Notes: a model not told the origin generated them from the letters alone. Numbered from the stretch's first letter, positions 8,582 through 19,281 are shown. The stretch: 64,000 nt of DNA from an uncultured Pseudomonadota bacterium (GCA_963843375.1 CAWJKT010000004.1:320001-384000); one strand, 5' to 3'. Translations and numbers: made by a program.

Positions 8582-9589
8582 ATGCAACAAATAGAAGCTC
8601 AAAACCTAAACCCAACCCAAACATTACTCCCCAACCCTACTAACAAACCAACTGAACTAGCACCCGATCCCTACACCAAGGTTTCGGAAACCCAAAGGCG
8701 CCTTCTGAGGACCTTTACGGTTGATGAGAAGATCGATTGGAAAGGCAGTATCCCCTTTTTCGGGGTGCATGTGGTGGGCGTCTTGGCATTCCTTACCGGA
8801 ATCAGCTGGGCGGCTATCGCTATGTGTCTTTTCATGTATTACGCCCGCATGTTCGCTATCACGGGCATCTATCACCGTTATTTCTCCCATCGTTCCTATA
8901 AGACCAGCCGGTTCTTCCAGTTCGTAATGGCCTTTTGGGGAACCTCCTGTGGCCAGCAGGGGCCGCTGTGGTGGGCTGCTCATCACCGTCACCACCATAA
9001 GTATTCGGATACGCCCGAGGACATTCATTCGCCCAAGTTGAGAGGCCTCTGGTGGGCCCATTGGGGTTGGATCATTTGCAAGCGTTATGCGGATACCAAC
9101 GAGGATGCCGTCAAGGACCTGACCAAATACCCTGAGCTCAAGTTTCTCAATAAGTATCATGGACTAGCTCCTTTCATCCTGGCAACGCTCATCTTCTTCT
9201 TCGGTTCCTTCTTGCAACAGGTGGCCCCGCAACTCCATACCAACGGCATGCAGATGATGTGCTGGGGCTTCTTCACCTCTACTACCTTGCTTTACCACGG
9301 CACTTTTACCATCAACTCCTTATCCCATGTCATCGGCAAAAAGCGGTTTGATACGGGGGACGAAAGCAAGAACAGCTTCCTTCTTTCGATGATCACCATG
9401 GGGGAGGGGTGGCACAACAATCATCATAAGTTCCCTTACGCAGAGCCCCAGGGCATTTACTGGTGGGAGATCGACATGTCCCATTATGTCCTGAAGGTTT
9501 TTTCCTGGGTCGGCTTGGTTTGGGATATCCAAGTCCATCCGAAGGAGCTTTTCGCTAAGGATTCGGCCACTAAGAGAACCGCAGCTTAA
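8582..9589 (+). CDS. Acyl-CoA/acyl-lipid delta-9-type fatty acid desaturase
   Basis: Three His boxes HRYFSH, HHRHHH and HNNHH; ITMGEGWHNNHH and WWEID motifs; SD GAGGTG. Confidence 0.93.
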   Translation: MQQIEAQNLNPTQTLLPNPTNKPTELAPDPYTKVSETQRRLLRTFTVDEKIDWKGSIPFFGVHVVGVLAFLTGISWAAIAMCLFMYYARMFAITGIYHRYFSHRSYKTSRFFQFVMAFWGTSCGQQGPLWWAAHHRHHHKYSDTPEDIHSPKLRGLWWAHWGWIICKRYADTNEDAVKDLTKYPELKFLNKYHGLAPFILATLIFFFGSFLQQVAPQLHTNGMQMMCWGFFTSTTLLYHGTFTINSLSHVIGKKRFDTGDESKNSFLLSMITMGEGWHNNHHKFPYAEPQGIYWWEIDMSHYVLKVFSWVGLVWDIQVHPKELFAKDSATKRTAA

Positions 9590-9617
9590 TTTCCAAATTA
9601 ACTTAATCGTATTAAAT

Positions 9618-9654
9618 AAAAAAGGGATGAACCTAAAAGGTTAATCCCTTTTTT
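9618..9654. terminator. Bidirectional intrinsic terminator between convergent genes
   Basis: AAAAAAGGGAT-GAACCTAAAAGGTTA-ATCCCTTTTTT. Confidence 0.8.
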
Positions 9655-9765
9655 AATAAAGAATTCTCCCGTCTTAACCGAAGGGGTTTATTTCCTTATC
9701 CAGGGATTGTTGGTTTTTCCGATTCCCTTTTTATGGATTTTCTTGTTTAGATTCGAGCCTATATT

Positions 9766-11618
9766 TTAGCAACAGCCATATTCCGGCATTTCGTGGCCCT
9801 TGTGGGAGGCGTCCCGGACTGCCTTAGGATGTTTCTTCAAATAAAGAATCTGGTACCAGCGGTGGAAGGACTCCCAAAGGATGACCAGGGCGCAGGCTAT
9901 GATCACTACTGTCAATCCCACCTTCAAATAAGCCGATCCGGCCTGTTCGGGATGGGCTTTGGCCAGAGGAAGAAAGTTATCCCAAATATTTAACCAGGCA
10001 GCCGTTAAGGTGGTGGCGGCCACGAAGAGCAAGGGAAGAAGGGTAACCCAGGCATAGCGGGCCCGGCCCGAATTGATAATGGCGCTGGTGGCCGCCGCTA
10101 GCGCAACGCTGGCCAAAAGCTGGTTGGCGGTCCCGAACATGGGCCAAATGGTACTGACGTTTCCGGTGAGGATTAAAAAAGCCCAAAAGAAAACTACCAG
10201 GCCGGTGCAAAGGATGGTGCCGGGCAACCAATTGGGGTTCTCCATGGGTTTCCAAACTTGCCCGAATAATTCCTGAAGCAGGAAGCGCCCAATGCGGGTG
10301 CCCGCGTCGATGGTCGTCAAGATGAACAAGGCCTCGAACATGATCATGAAGTGATAAAAATAATTCATGAGGTTTTCCAAGCCCGGCAAGCCGGAGAAAA
10401 TCTGGGCGAAGCCCACTGCCAGTGAAACGGCCCCGCCGGGCCTTCCCACCACGTTCTCCCCCACCGCTTGGCAAAGAGCCTGCAAACGCACGGGGGTCAT
10501 CCCCAACGCTGCGAATTTCTCAGGCGATAGGTTGATGGCGAAATAATCGGCCGGGAAATAGGGAGCAAGTGGCCAAGAGCGCGACCACGCCCACCAAGCC
10601 CTCCGTCAAGCATGGCCCCGTAACCGATTACCCGGGCGTCCGACTCCTTGTCCAGCATCTTGGAGGTCGTGCCGGAGGAAACCAAGGCGTGGAACCCGGA
10701 AATGGCCCCGCAGGCGATGGTGATGAAAACGAAGGGGAAGAGCTTGCCGGGAATAATGGGCCCTCCTCCATCAATATATTGGGTGAAAGCGGGCATTTGG
10801 AGGTCGGGGTGGACCAGGATGATCCCGATGACCAGCGCCCCGATGGTTCCGACTTTCATATAAGAGCTCAAATAACCCATGGGCGTCATGAGCATCCAAA
10901 CCGGCAGGACGGAGGCGATGAAACCATAAAGGGCCAGGGCGGTGATGACTCCGTTGGCAGTCAGGGTGAAGAAAGGGGCCATCCCCGAATGGGCTATGGT
11001 GTTTCCGAAAACTACCGCTGAGGCCACCACCAGCACGCCGAAAATACTGACTTCCTTGATTTTTCCCACCCGGAATTTGAACAGCCAAAATCCGACTACC
11101 AGGGCGGTGGCAATGGTGGTTCCGATGGAAAAGACTCCCCAGGGGCTTCCCTTCAAGGCGTTCACCACGGCCAATCCCAATCCCGCCAGGGCGACGATCA
11201 CGATGATGAAGATGGCGAGGGCGGCCATCACCGAGGCCAGGGGGCTGATCTCATGGCGCAAGATTTCCACCAGCGATTTGCCCTTTCGCCGCACGGAGGC
11301 AACCAGGATCATGAAATCATGCACTGCCCCGGCCAGGCAGACGCCCGCCAAGAGCCAGATAAAACCGGGAGCATAGCCGAATTGGGCGGCCAGGACCGGG
11401 CCGATCAAGGGGCCCGAGCCCGCGATATTGGCGAAATGCTGGCCGAAGAGGACGAACTTCGGCATGGGTTTGTAGTTATGGCCGTCGTTCAAAAGGTGGG
11501 CGGGGGTTTTCCGGCGGTCGTCCAATACCACGACTTTCGCCGCCAGGAAGGCGCTGTAATAGCGGTAGGCGATGGCCATCACCAAAAGGGCGGTCAGGAT
11601 CAGGGGAAGGACGTTCAT
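9766..11618 (-). CDS. cstA: Carbon starvation protein A (peptide/pyruvate transporter), read through two apparent +1 indels
   Basis: [51 protein letters not shown] and [13 protein letters not shown]. Removing one base near 10608 and one near 10554 gives a continuous [29 protein letters not shown] that joins the two ORFs. Confidence 0.9.
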
Positions 11619-11692
11619 TTAATTTCTCCTCGGGTTTGGAAGGTTCAAGATAATCCAACCGACTTTGGATTTCAAATGTAGTGAACCGGGTT

Positions 11693-12355
11693 TTAACCCT
11701 TCCATAGGCTCGTCAAGCCTTCCGAGGCGATCTGGATCCCCACGCAAAAAACCAGGAAAGCGCTAAGGCGGTTCAGCACTTGCGAGCCACGGGGGCCCAA
11801 ACGCCGGATGAGGGCGGGAGTGTAGGAATAGCAAAAATAAATCAATAAACACATAAGAATAACGGAGGCGATGAGAGCCGAAAGGTTGGTCAGGTAAACC
11901 GGGATTTCATTATTGTGCCCATGGGCGCTTAAGGTCAGAAGAACCGAAATGGTGCCAGCCCCGGTCGTCATGGGAAACGCCACAGGGTAGAAAAGTATAT
12001 CCTCGACTTTTTTCGGAATGTCCAAGGGTTTGGCCGTTTCCTGAGCCCCCTTTCCGCTGTCATCGGAAGAAAGGAGGCTCCAACCCATTTTGCAGATCAA
12101 AATCCCCCCGGCTATTTGAACCACCGGCAGGGAGATCCCAAAGAACTTGAAAATCCAGCTTCCAATGAAGATTGTAGCCGTGCAAATGAGAAAGGCGTAT
12201 AAAGCGATTTTGAAGGAGGCGTTTTTTCTTTCAGCACCGTTGAGGCCTACCAAAAGAGGATCGATCATGAGGGCAGTGCCGGGAGGGTTGACCGGCGGAA
12301 AAAGGGAAACGAAACCGACAAAAACCAAATGTAAGAAGGGGAGAGCGGAGTGCAC
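11693..12355 (-). CDS. MarC family integral membrane protein
   Basis: LFPPVNPPG...FFGISLPVVQIAGG...YPVAFPMTTGAGTIS...RLSAFLVFCVGIQI. Confidence 0.9.
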   Translation of the reverse strand: MHSALPFLHLVFVGFVSLFPPVNPPGTALMIDPLLVGLNGAERKNASFKIALYAFLICTATIFIGSWIFKFFGISLPVVQIAGGILICKMGWSLLSSDDSGKGAQETAKPLDIPKKVEDILFYPVAFPMTTGAGTISVLLTLSAHGHNNEIPVYLTNLSALIASVILMCLLIYFCYSYTPALIRRLGPRGSQVLNRLSAFLVFCVGIQIASEGLTSLWKG

Positions 12356-12564
12356 GGCCTAGATATTAAATAGGGTGGCTGAAAAAATCAAATTCTTCGT
12401 TTCCGGCATTCAAGGCCCTGTTTAAGGCGCTTTTTTAGGGGAGTTCGAATGATTTTTGGGGATAATGCGCTTCACTGATTAATTTTCGGATGCCTTGCTT
12501 CATTTTCCGAGATTCCATTAATCTACGGGAGCAGTTCCTTGACTCATCCATCCTTACGCGGAGT

Positions 12565-12801
12565 ATGAAAGCTTTGAAAAAACTAAGAAAAAATTCAACG
12601 CCGGAAAAATGGAAAAGGTCGCTGATAAAATCAATTAGCTATCGAATTCTCATCATGGGCCTAGATTTTACCGCTATAAAACTTTTCACCGGGCGAAGCG
12701 ACGTCGCTGTGGGGTTTGTCATCGTCAGCAACGTCTATACGACGATCGCTTATTTCCTCCACGAAAGAATGTGGAACCGAATTAAATGGGGAATCGCCTG
12801 A
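12565..12801 (+). CDS. DUF2061 domain small membrane protein
   Basis: RSLIKSISYRI...YFLHERMWNRIKWG; start taken as the ATG at 12565. Confidence 0.8.
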   Translation: MKALKKLRKNSTPEKWKRSLIKSISYRILIMGLDFTAIKLFTGRSDVAVGFVIVSNVYTTIAYFLHERMWNRIKWGIA

Positions 12802-13001
12802 GGAGTGCAGAAGTGTGCCGTGGAAACAACTTTCTTTTAAGCCCCTTGTCTAACCTTTTAGACCGGGTGTAGTCTAATCGCCGCCGAGGAGCAAGCTATC
12901 AAAAGGGACATTTTCTCCGTCATTTCATCACAGGCTTTATATCCCTCTTCCTACGCCGCGAGGCGTTAGGTTAGATCTTAGGTCAAAGGAGGCATCACCC
13001 C

Positions 13002-13373
13002 TTGGAAAAAAGCATCGCCGAATTGCGGGTCATCGCGGAGGATTGGATCCAGGCTTGGAACGCGAAGGATCTGGACCGGATCATGAGCTACTATAGTGAT
13101 GAAGTGGAGTTTGAGGCCAACACAGTGCTTTCCCGTTGGAACATGCCTCAGGGGAAGCTCAAGGGACGGCCCGAGTTGCGTGAACATTTCCGGTTAGGCC
13201 TTTTGTATGAACCCGATCTGTTTTTCACTCTGGAACAAGTGTTCACCGCTCCCAGCGGTTACGCCATCCTTTACCAAAGGGACAACGGAAACCAAGTCCT
13301 GCATGTGGTGGAACTCAACGAAAAGGATAAGGCGAAAAAAGTCAGGGTTTTTTATTCAGGCGAACAGAAATAA
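13002..13373 (+). CDS. SnoaL-like/NTF2 family protein
   Basis: WIQAWNAKDLDRIMSYYSDEVEF...GRPELREHF; SD AGGAGG before the TTG. Confidence 0.85.
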   Translation: MEKSIAELRVIAEDWIQAWNAKDLDRIMSYYSDEVEFEANTVLSRWNMPQGKLKGRPELREHFRLGLLYEPDLFFTLEQVFTAPSGYAILYQRDNGNQVLHVVELNEKDKAKKVRVFYSGEQK

Positions 13374-13386
13374 TTACTCTGCCCCG

Positions 13387-14151
13387 TTATTTTTCTCCGA
13401 AAAGAGAGATGGGTTTGGGGATATTCTCGTATTTCAAACCGAATTGCTTGAAAGTGTGCTTTCGCACGTAAGCTGCGGCTTCATTGGGGGAGTCGCAAAG
13501 AAAGATGTTTTTGAGGTCCGAGGGATCGATGGCGCCCTGCCGCAGCATGGACTCCCGGAACATCCTCATCAAGGGTGCCCAGTAACGTTTTCCCATAAGA
13601 ATCAAAGGGAAGTGCTTCACTTTTCCGGTTTGGATCAGGGTGGCCATCTCGAAAAACTCGTCCGCGGTTCCGAACCCCCCTGGCATGACAAGGAAAGCGT
13701 AGGAATACTTGGCCAGCATCAATTTGCGGATGAAGAAATAGCGGAACTCAACCCATTTATCCACGAAAGGGTTTGGGGCCTGTTCTTTGGGAAGTTTGAT
13801 GTTGCATCCGATGGATTTACCCCCCGCCTCTTTCGCTCCCCGGTTGGCCGCTTCCATCAGGCCCGGCCCACCGCCCGTCATGACCGTAAAACCCAGCTGG
13901 GCCATTTGGGACCCGACTTTCTGCGCCAAGGAATAGTAAAGATGCTTCTCCCCGAAGCGGGCGGAGCCAAAAACCGTCACGCAGGGACCGATGAAATGAA
14001 GCGCCCGCAATCCCCTTATATAGTCGGCGGTAATCCGGAAAAGCTGGGCCAGTTCCTCAAAACGGGAATGGGGGCCTTCTAGGACTCTGCCCTCATGGAA
14101 ATCCGGACTTGTTTTTCCCCAAAGGGTGCGGGTGGTATGGCTGTTTCGCAA
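13387..14151 (-). CDS. LOG family protein (TIGR00730-type Rossmann fold)
   Basis: VTVFGSAR, TGGGPGLMEAANRGA, FRYFFIRK and PGGFGTADE motifs. Confidence 0.92.
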   Translation of the reverse strand: MRNSHTTRTLWGKTSPDFHEGRVLEGPHSRFEELAQLFRITADYIRGLRALHFIGPCVTVFGSARFGEKHLYYSLAQKVGSQMAQLGFTVMTGGGPGLMEAANRGAKEAGGKSIGCNIKLPKEQAPNPFVDKWVEFRYFFIRKLMLAKYSYAFLVMPGGFGTADEFFEMATLIQTGKVKHFPLILMGKRYWAPLMRMFRESMLRQGAIDPSDLKNIFLCDSPNEAAAYVRKHTFKQFGLKYENIPKPISLFGEK

Positions 14152-14659
14152 AGGAACTCCTTACAAAGAGTTTGAAAGAAAGGTCGTTTCTGTGGGCGAT
14201 CCAGGTCTTCTGAAACCGGGCTTCGCGCCTGGGACATTTTGCTTTATTTATTTCAGAAAAAACAGAATGAAACCCTTTTGTTACAGGTGGAAAAGGTTCA
14301 GCAGGGCGTCCTCGTCCAAAGAAACTTTGGCTTGGATTTCATCCTTATCAGCGAAACCTTATAGGACCCAGAAAGATTACACCCAGGGTTGGGTTCGGCT
14401 GATAGGAACCTGCGCTTTTTGGTGCAGAATTTTTTGGATCACGACTTAAAAATCCAAATGGCCACAAGGATCAACAGATCCCAAGTTTTAAAGTCGAAAT
14501 TTAACCGGTTCAGCTTGAATATCTCCCTATTACCTTTTTAAAGGTTTTGTCGTTAGAAAGGAGAGTGGCGGGCAAAATTAGCCTTGAAAGACCTTAAAGA
14601 AGCGCTTTCATTAGAGTGATATAATTTAAAATCCATATGAATTCTTCAACGGTATCCGC

Positions 14660-16126
14660 ATGAAAATTAGGTTATTCCCTTTTTATGGTTATTTAAAGTT
14701 ATTGGTTCTGTTCTCTCTTTTGGACGGCCGAATGGCCTGGGGTCAAATCGTCGAAGTCGACTTGGGTACTCAGCCGCCTTCGGTCCTAGTGGCCACGCTC
14801 ATGGGCTCAGGCGTTTCCGCAAGTAACATCACTTACCAGGGAATTGGTGGATCGGCGGGCATCTTCGCGGGAGGGGGAACGGTCTTTGGCATTAATTCGG
14901 GGATTATTTTGAGTACCGGATTGGCCGCAGGCATTGAGGGAACCGCCGATGACACAAGCAGTACCTGTAACGACCTTCCCGGCGATCCCGATTTGGCCCT
15001 GTTGGAGGGACTCCCCGTCACCGACCTTTATGACGCCACTGTCCTTTCCTTTGATTTTATTCCTACCTACAACACCGTTTCCTTCCAATACGTTTTCACC
15101 TCGGAAGAATACAACGCTTGGGTGGGGTCGAAATACAACGATGTCTTCGGGTTTTTCGTCAACGGCACCAATGTGGCCCTCATTCCCGGGACCACGACAA
15201 ATGTTTCCATCAACAACGTCAACGATTGCGTCAACCCCGCTTATTTCATCGACAATATCGGGTCCCCCGAAGGGGGCGGTTGCACCGTCGTCCGGGATCC
15301 GGCGGGACTGGATACCGCCATGAACGGTTTCACCACCGTCCTGACCGCCACCGCGCCCGTGACGGCAGGGGTGACCAACCATATTAAATTAGCCATCTCG
15401 GACGTGGGGGACTGCCTGATGGATTCCAACGTCCTCATCGCGGCCGACAGCTTTATGAGCGTGCTGACCTCCACTCCGACGAATAGCCCCACGAGCACTG
15501 GAACTCCCTGCGGTTATCCGGGCAATACCTGTACTCCCACCGGGACGGCGACTTCCACCCCTCCCCCTCCCCCTTCGACGCCTTGCGGTTTGCCGGGAAA
15601 CACCTGTACCTTCACCCCTTCGGCGACCCCCACTGGCACTTTTACTTCGACGCTCCCCCCCACCAACACCCTGACCCCTAACGTCAGGCCATCCTCAACT
15701 CCCACCTCGACTCCCACCTTTACCCCGACCGATACCACCACCAACACCTTCACCGCCACTTCCACCTCCACACCCTGCGGCTGGCCGGGGAACACCTGTA
15801 CCTTCACCGCTTCACCCACGCCCACTTCCACGCTTTCCACCACTGATGTTTTTTATGTTTCCAAAAACGCCTTCAGCCCATCTTCCCCGGTTTCACTGTT
15901 TGTAGAATACAACGCGGTTCCGGGGAATTACGAATTGCTGATTTACAATTCGGCGGGGGAATATATCAAGACGCTCGATTCCCGTCAGTTAAGCGCGCCC
16001 ATCAGCCAGTCCTACCAATGGGACGGCACCAACCGTTATGGGGTTGCTTGCGCCAGCGGAGTTTACCTTTTTTACCTGGCCGAACCCTTTAGCACGAAGG
16101 TCAAAAAAATCGTCCTCATCAGGTGA
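14660..16126 (+). CDS. Secreted choice-of-anchor L domain protein with a Thr/Pro linker and C-terminal FlgD-Ig/T9SS-CTD-like domain
   Basis: Signal peptide; GIILSTG, DATVLSFDF, YVFTSEEY, NDVFGFF, NVALIPGT, VSINNVN and HIKLAISDVGD; TPT tract; C-terminus KNAFSP...IYNSAGE...WDGTN...SGVY...KKIVLIR. Confidence 0.82.
   Translation: MKIRLFPFYGYLKLLVLFSLLDGRMAWGQIVEVDLGTQPPSVLVATLMGSGVSASNITYQGIGGSAGIFAGGGTVFGINSGIILSTGLAAGIEGTADDTSSTCNDLPGDPDLALLEGLPVTDLYDATVLSFDFIPTYNTVSFQYVFTSEEYNAWVGSKYNDVFGFFVNGTNVALIPGTTTNVSINNVNDCVNPAYFIDNIGSPEGGGCTVVRDPAGLDTAMNGFTTVLTATAPVTAGVTNHIKLAISDVGDCLMDSNVLIAADSFMSVLTSTPTNSPTSTGTPCGYPGNTCTPTGTATSTPPPPPSTPCGLPGNTCTFTPSATPTGTFTSTLPPTNTLTPNVRPSSTPTSTPTFTPTDTTTNTFTATSTSTPCGWPGNTCTFTASPTPTSTLSTTDVFYVSKNAFSPSSPVSLFVEYNAVPGNYELLIYNSAGEYIKTLDSRQLSAPISQSYQWDGTNRYGVACASGVYLFYLAEPFSTKVKKIVLIR
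15503..15802 (+). repeat. Three TPCG(Y/L/W)PGNTCT peptide repeats inside the Thr/Pro linker
   Basis: Copies at 15503-15535, 15578-15610 and 15770-15802. Confidence 0.9.
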
Positions 16127-16183
16127 GTTCCGCTTTTATTTAAAAATAACCGAGTGTTTCCTTGGATGCGGCCGTCATGGATG

Positions 16184-16816
16184 TCAACCTTTTGACCCGC
16201 CGATCAGGTTGATATTTTTATCCGCTTCCAGGCCTTCCCTATCCGTCCCCAAGGTTTCCGCCAAGCTTGTGCGGATTCGGTTTAATTCTTCGAGGTTTTC
16301 CTGAAGGATCCGGCAGAGCGAATCGCTGGTCTTCAAAGCTAAGGATGACCCCGAGCCTCCCTCTTTCACCGCGGTTTTTTTATCCATCTCGTGGAAATAT
16401 TTTTGCGAGGCTTCCGGGCCCAAGCCGATGGCGAGACCTTGGATCACCTGGTGCTGCCAGTCGTTTATTTTCGAGAAAAAATCCTTTTCTTCCGAGTAGT
16501 TGAAAAGGTTGTTTCCCTGCTTGATGAGGGAATCCAAATAGGCCTTGAAGAAAGCCATGGAGGTTTGGTCAAAGACTTCCTTGCGCTTCACCGCGTATTC
16601 AATGGAAGAGAACCAAAATAAAACCAGCCAGCCGATCACCCAACCATACCAAGGCATCCACAAGGCGATGGTTAAGAGCTGGGGATTAATTTTGAAGGAG
16701 GGAACTTGACCCAAAAAGAGCCGGGCGGCTTGAAGCAGTCCAAAAATGGCGAGAAAAAGCGGGTTGCCGAGCGTGAGTTTGAAGACTTTAAAGCGTTCTT
16801 TGAAGGTTTTGATCAT
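16184..16816 (-). CDS. Hypothetical membrane protein
   Basis: 210-aa ORF with two N-terminal hydrophobic segments (WMPWYGWVIGWLVLFW) and a helical soluble domain. Confidence 0.65.
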   Translation of the reverse strand: MIKTFKERFKVFKLTLGNPLFLAIFGLLQAARLFLGQVPSFKINPQLLTIALWMPWYGWVIGWLVLFWFSSIEYAVKRKEVFDQTSMAFFKAYLDSLIKQGNNLFNYSEEKDFFSKINDWQHQVIQGLAIGLGPEASQKYFHEMDKKTAVKEGGSGSSLALKTSDSLCRILQENLEELNRIRTSLAETLGTDREGLEADKNINLIGGSKG

Positions 16817-17062
16817 TCCGAAATTCTATATGAACCACCTTGGAATTGGGAGTTCCGGTCAAATTAATTTGTCGTCACAAGGAATTGAAACAAGACAAAA
16901 AGAAGTTAGGCCATTTCGCAAGCCCCTCTTCCCTCCAGAAGGCACGGTGGACTTTGGAGTTGAGGATCTTCATGATTGGACCTTCTTGAGCGCGGTTAAT
17001 GGGAACTGGAAAAACCGATCGTTAGATAAAAGGGTGCGGGGTTCAACAAGCGTTACAAACCT

Positions 17063-19033
17063 TTAAAGCACCCTCACCGGAACCACCATCATGTTAAGCC
17101 CCTTAAAAACCAGTCGCCGCTGGATTTCCAGGGCGATATGGTTGTGCAGGAATGGCGTCCAAAGGGATTCCTTCGCGAAGATGAGTTTCCCGATGAAAAA
17201 GGTGGGGTTCTTAAAGTCCGCGGATATCTTCTCGCAAAGGCCTTCCATTCCCTCAAGCACGTCCGTAGCTATGGCGTAACGGTATTCTCCCCGGCATCCC
17301 ATGCGGTTCACCAGGTCCACGTATTGTTTCAGGTTGTTCTCGGTGTCCTCTTTCAGGTTCTCCAATTCCTGGATGCCCTTGAACTTGCCCGAATCCACCC
17401 GGGCGATGGAAAGAAAAAGAAAATCCTTGAAGCGGTTCTCAAAGATTTTCTCGGTGGAGAAAACAGCGTGGATGCCCAGACCCCCGAAGCGGTCAACTAA
17501 AACCACCGCGGTGTGTTTGGCCTTATCGCATCCTCCCTTTTTCATCCTTTTTGAGGGCGGCGGCAGGGGTAGGTCGGTCAAGTTGTCGTCCAGGCGCTTC
17601 AAGGCCCTCGCTACGCCCTTGTAATGGCCCTTCACCAGGAAACAAAGGACGATCAGGACTCCGGTGATTAGCAGGGTTATGAAGCCCCCCTCCAGAAACT
17701 TCGTCATAAGGGTTGCGGTCAGCACGATGGCGGTCAGACAAAAGCCCAACCCGTTGATGAAAAATTTCAGATACCAGTCTTTTTTCTCCTTTCGCACCTT
17801 CCACCAATGGGTGCACATGGAAAGCTGGGAAAGGTTGAAGGTGATGAAGACGTTAATGGCGAAAAGAACGATCAAAAAGTCCACGCTGCCCCGGGAGAGC
17901 AGCAGTAGCGCTACCGAAATGCCGCCGATGAACAGGATCCCGTTCTTGCGCACCAATTGGTGGGAAAGGTTGGCGAAACGCTGGGGCAGCCAGGAATCCA
18001 CCGCCAGATTGGCCATCACGATTGGGCCATCGATGAAGCCGGTCTGTGCAGCGATGAAGAGCAACAGCCCTTCGGAAAGGATGGTCACGGTCGATATCCA
18101 CGAGCCCCACTGGCCTCCAAAGAGAGACCCGAAAATGACGTTAGCCAGGGAAGTGTTAAGGGTCTTGTCCGGCTGGGCCTGAACGTCCCAAAGCACGTAT
18201 AGAAAAAGGATTCCCCCGGCCGCCAATGAAAGGGAGACGGCCATGTAAAGCATGGTGCGCTGGCCGGTTTTCACCCGGGGCTCCTGCAGGTTGGCCAGAC
18301 CGTTGGAGACCGCCTCTAGTCCCGTGTAGGTTCCCCCGCCCAGACTGTAGGCGGTGAAGAAGATGACCAGGAAGCCCCAGACCCCGGTTGGCCCGGAGAT
18401 GATCAGGTGGGTCTCGGTAAAGGCTCCCTGTATGACCGAGGGTATCTGGGTGAAATGGCCCCAGAGTCCCACACCGATCAAGAGGGCGTGAGTTGCCACG
18501 AAAAGCAGGAAGAGCGGCAGAAGAGGCTTGATGGATTCCTTGATACCCCGCAAGTTCAGCCAAATGAGGATGAGAGCCAGGATGATCTCAATGGCCAGCT
18601 TATGAGGAACTAGAGCAGTCGCGAAGGAACTGATGGCGTCCACCGCGGCGGCGATGGAAATGGAAATATCCAATATATAGTCCACCAGCAAGGCGCAACC
18701 GGAAAAGACCCCCGCCACCGGACTTAAAAGTTTGCTGGCCACTACGTAACCGCCGCCGCCGTTTGGGAAATACTCGATGATCTGGTTGTAGCTGGCGGAA
18801 ATGACGAAGACCGTCACGGCGGTGGCAAGGGCCAGGAAGATGGAAATGTGGTGGTAGGCCGCTCCCAGGGCCTTGTAGGCTTCTGGCGGGCCGTAAGCAG
18901 CGGAGGATAGCCCGTCCGCCCCCAGGCCCACCCAGGCGAGGAAGGCGATCAGGGTGATCTTGTGAAAAACGTCCTTATTCATGGGGTCCAAGGTCTTGCC
19001 CAAAATGATTTCTTCGACTTTTTTTTCTTTCAT
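17063..19033 (-). CDS. APC superfamily permease, KimA/YdaO-like (possible K+ transporter)
   Basis: GLGADGLSSAAYGP, YFPNGGGGYVVAS, ALLVDYIL and YTGLEAVSNG; 12 TM helices plus a soluble C-terminal domain. Confidence 0.85.
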   Translation of the reverse strand: MKEKKVEEIILGKTLDPMNKDVFHKITLIAFLAWVGLGADGLSSAAYGPPEAYKALGAAYHHISIFLALATAVTVFVISASYNQIIEYFPNGGGGYVVASKLLSPVAGVFSGCALLVDYILDISISIAAAVDAISSFATALVPHKLAIEIILALILIWLNLRGIKESIKPLLPLFLLFVATHALLIGVGLWGHFTQIPSVIQGAFTETHLIISGPTGVWGFLVIFFTAYSLGGGTYTGLEAVSNGLANLQEPRVKTGQRTMLYMAVSLSLAAGGILFLYVLWDVQAQPDKTLNTSLANVIFGSLFGGQWGSWISTVTILSEGLLLFIAAQTGFIDGPIVMANLAVDSWLPQRFANLSHQLVRKNGILFIGGISVALLLLSRGSVDFLIVLFAINVFITFNLSQLSMCTHWWKVRKEKKDWYLKFFINGLGFCLTAIVLTATLMTKFLEGGFITLLITGVLIVLCFLVKGHYKGVARALKRLDDNLTDLPLPPPSKRMKKGGCDKAKHTAVVLVDRFGGLGIHAVFSTEKIFENRFKDFLFLSIARVDSGKFKGIQELENLKEDTENNLKQYVDLVNRMGCRGEYRYAIATDVLEGMEGLCEKISADFKNPTFFIGKLIFAKESLWTPFLHNHIALEIQRRLVFKGLNMMVVPVRVL

Positions 19034-19256
19034 GCCGACTTTCCTTTGATCAATCGTGCGGTGGGCCGTAATAAACCAGGGGCCGATATAGTGTTTATTT
19101 CCGTTTTCATGTTGTTAAAATTTTTGAAATAGGTACAAGGCGGCTCCTTTGGATCGGAAAGCGCTATTCTAAAGCCTGCTTTTCCAAACGCATACCGGCA
19201 AGATGTTACAAAGGCGAAAATTCGGGATCGGATCCCGTGGATCCCATAGATTTTTT

Positions 19257-19281
19257 GATGTATATTGCTATCATATACATC
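19257..19281 (+). promoter_or_regulatory. Palindromic operator enclosing an extended -10 element, upstream of the toxin-antitoxin pair
   Basis: GATGTATAT-TGCTATC-ATATACATC with perfect 9-bp arms; TGnTATCAT at 19266-19274. Confidence 0.65.

Noticed and set aside
12870..12990. yybP-ykoY manganese riboswitch-like words (GGAGCA, CGUCAU, AGAUC) before the SnoaL gene
   Set aside because: The matches are degenerate, the stems are weak and the downstream gene is atypical.
13207..14082. Long antisense ORFs (also 52976-53911, 31754-32530, 30214-30927, 458-1150)
   Set aside because: Shadows of well-supported genes on the opposite strand, with no recognisable motifs.
14152..14659. Hidden gene or RNA in the 500-bp divergent gap
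   Set aside because: Only short or unconvincing ORFs and no strong stem architecture were visible by eye.
19034..19250. c-di-AMP (ydaO) riboswitch upstream of the KimA-like permease
   Set aside because: The conserved GCUGAAUCC, GGGGUGAAU and CAGCUAAC elements are not visible on the minus strand.
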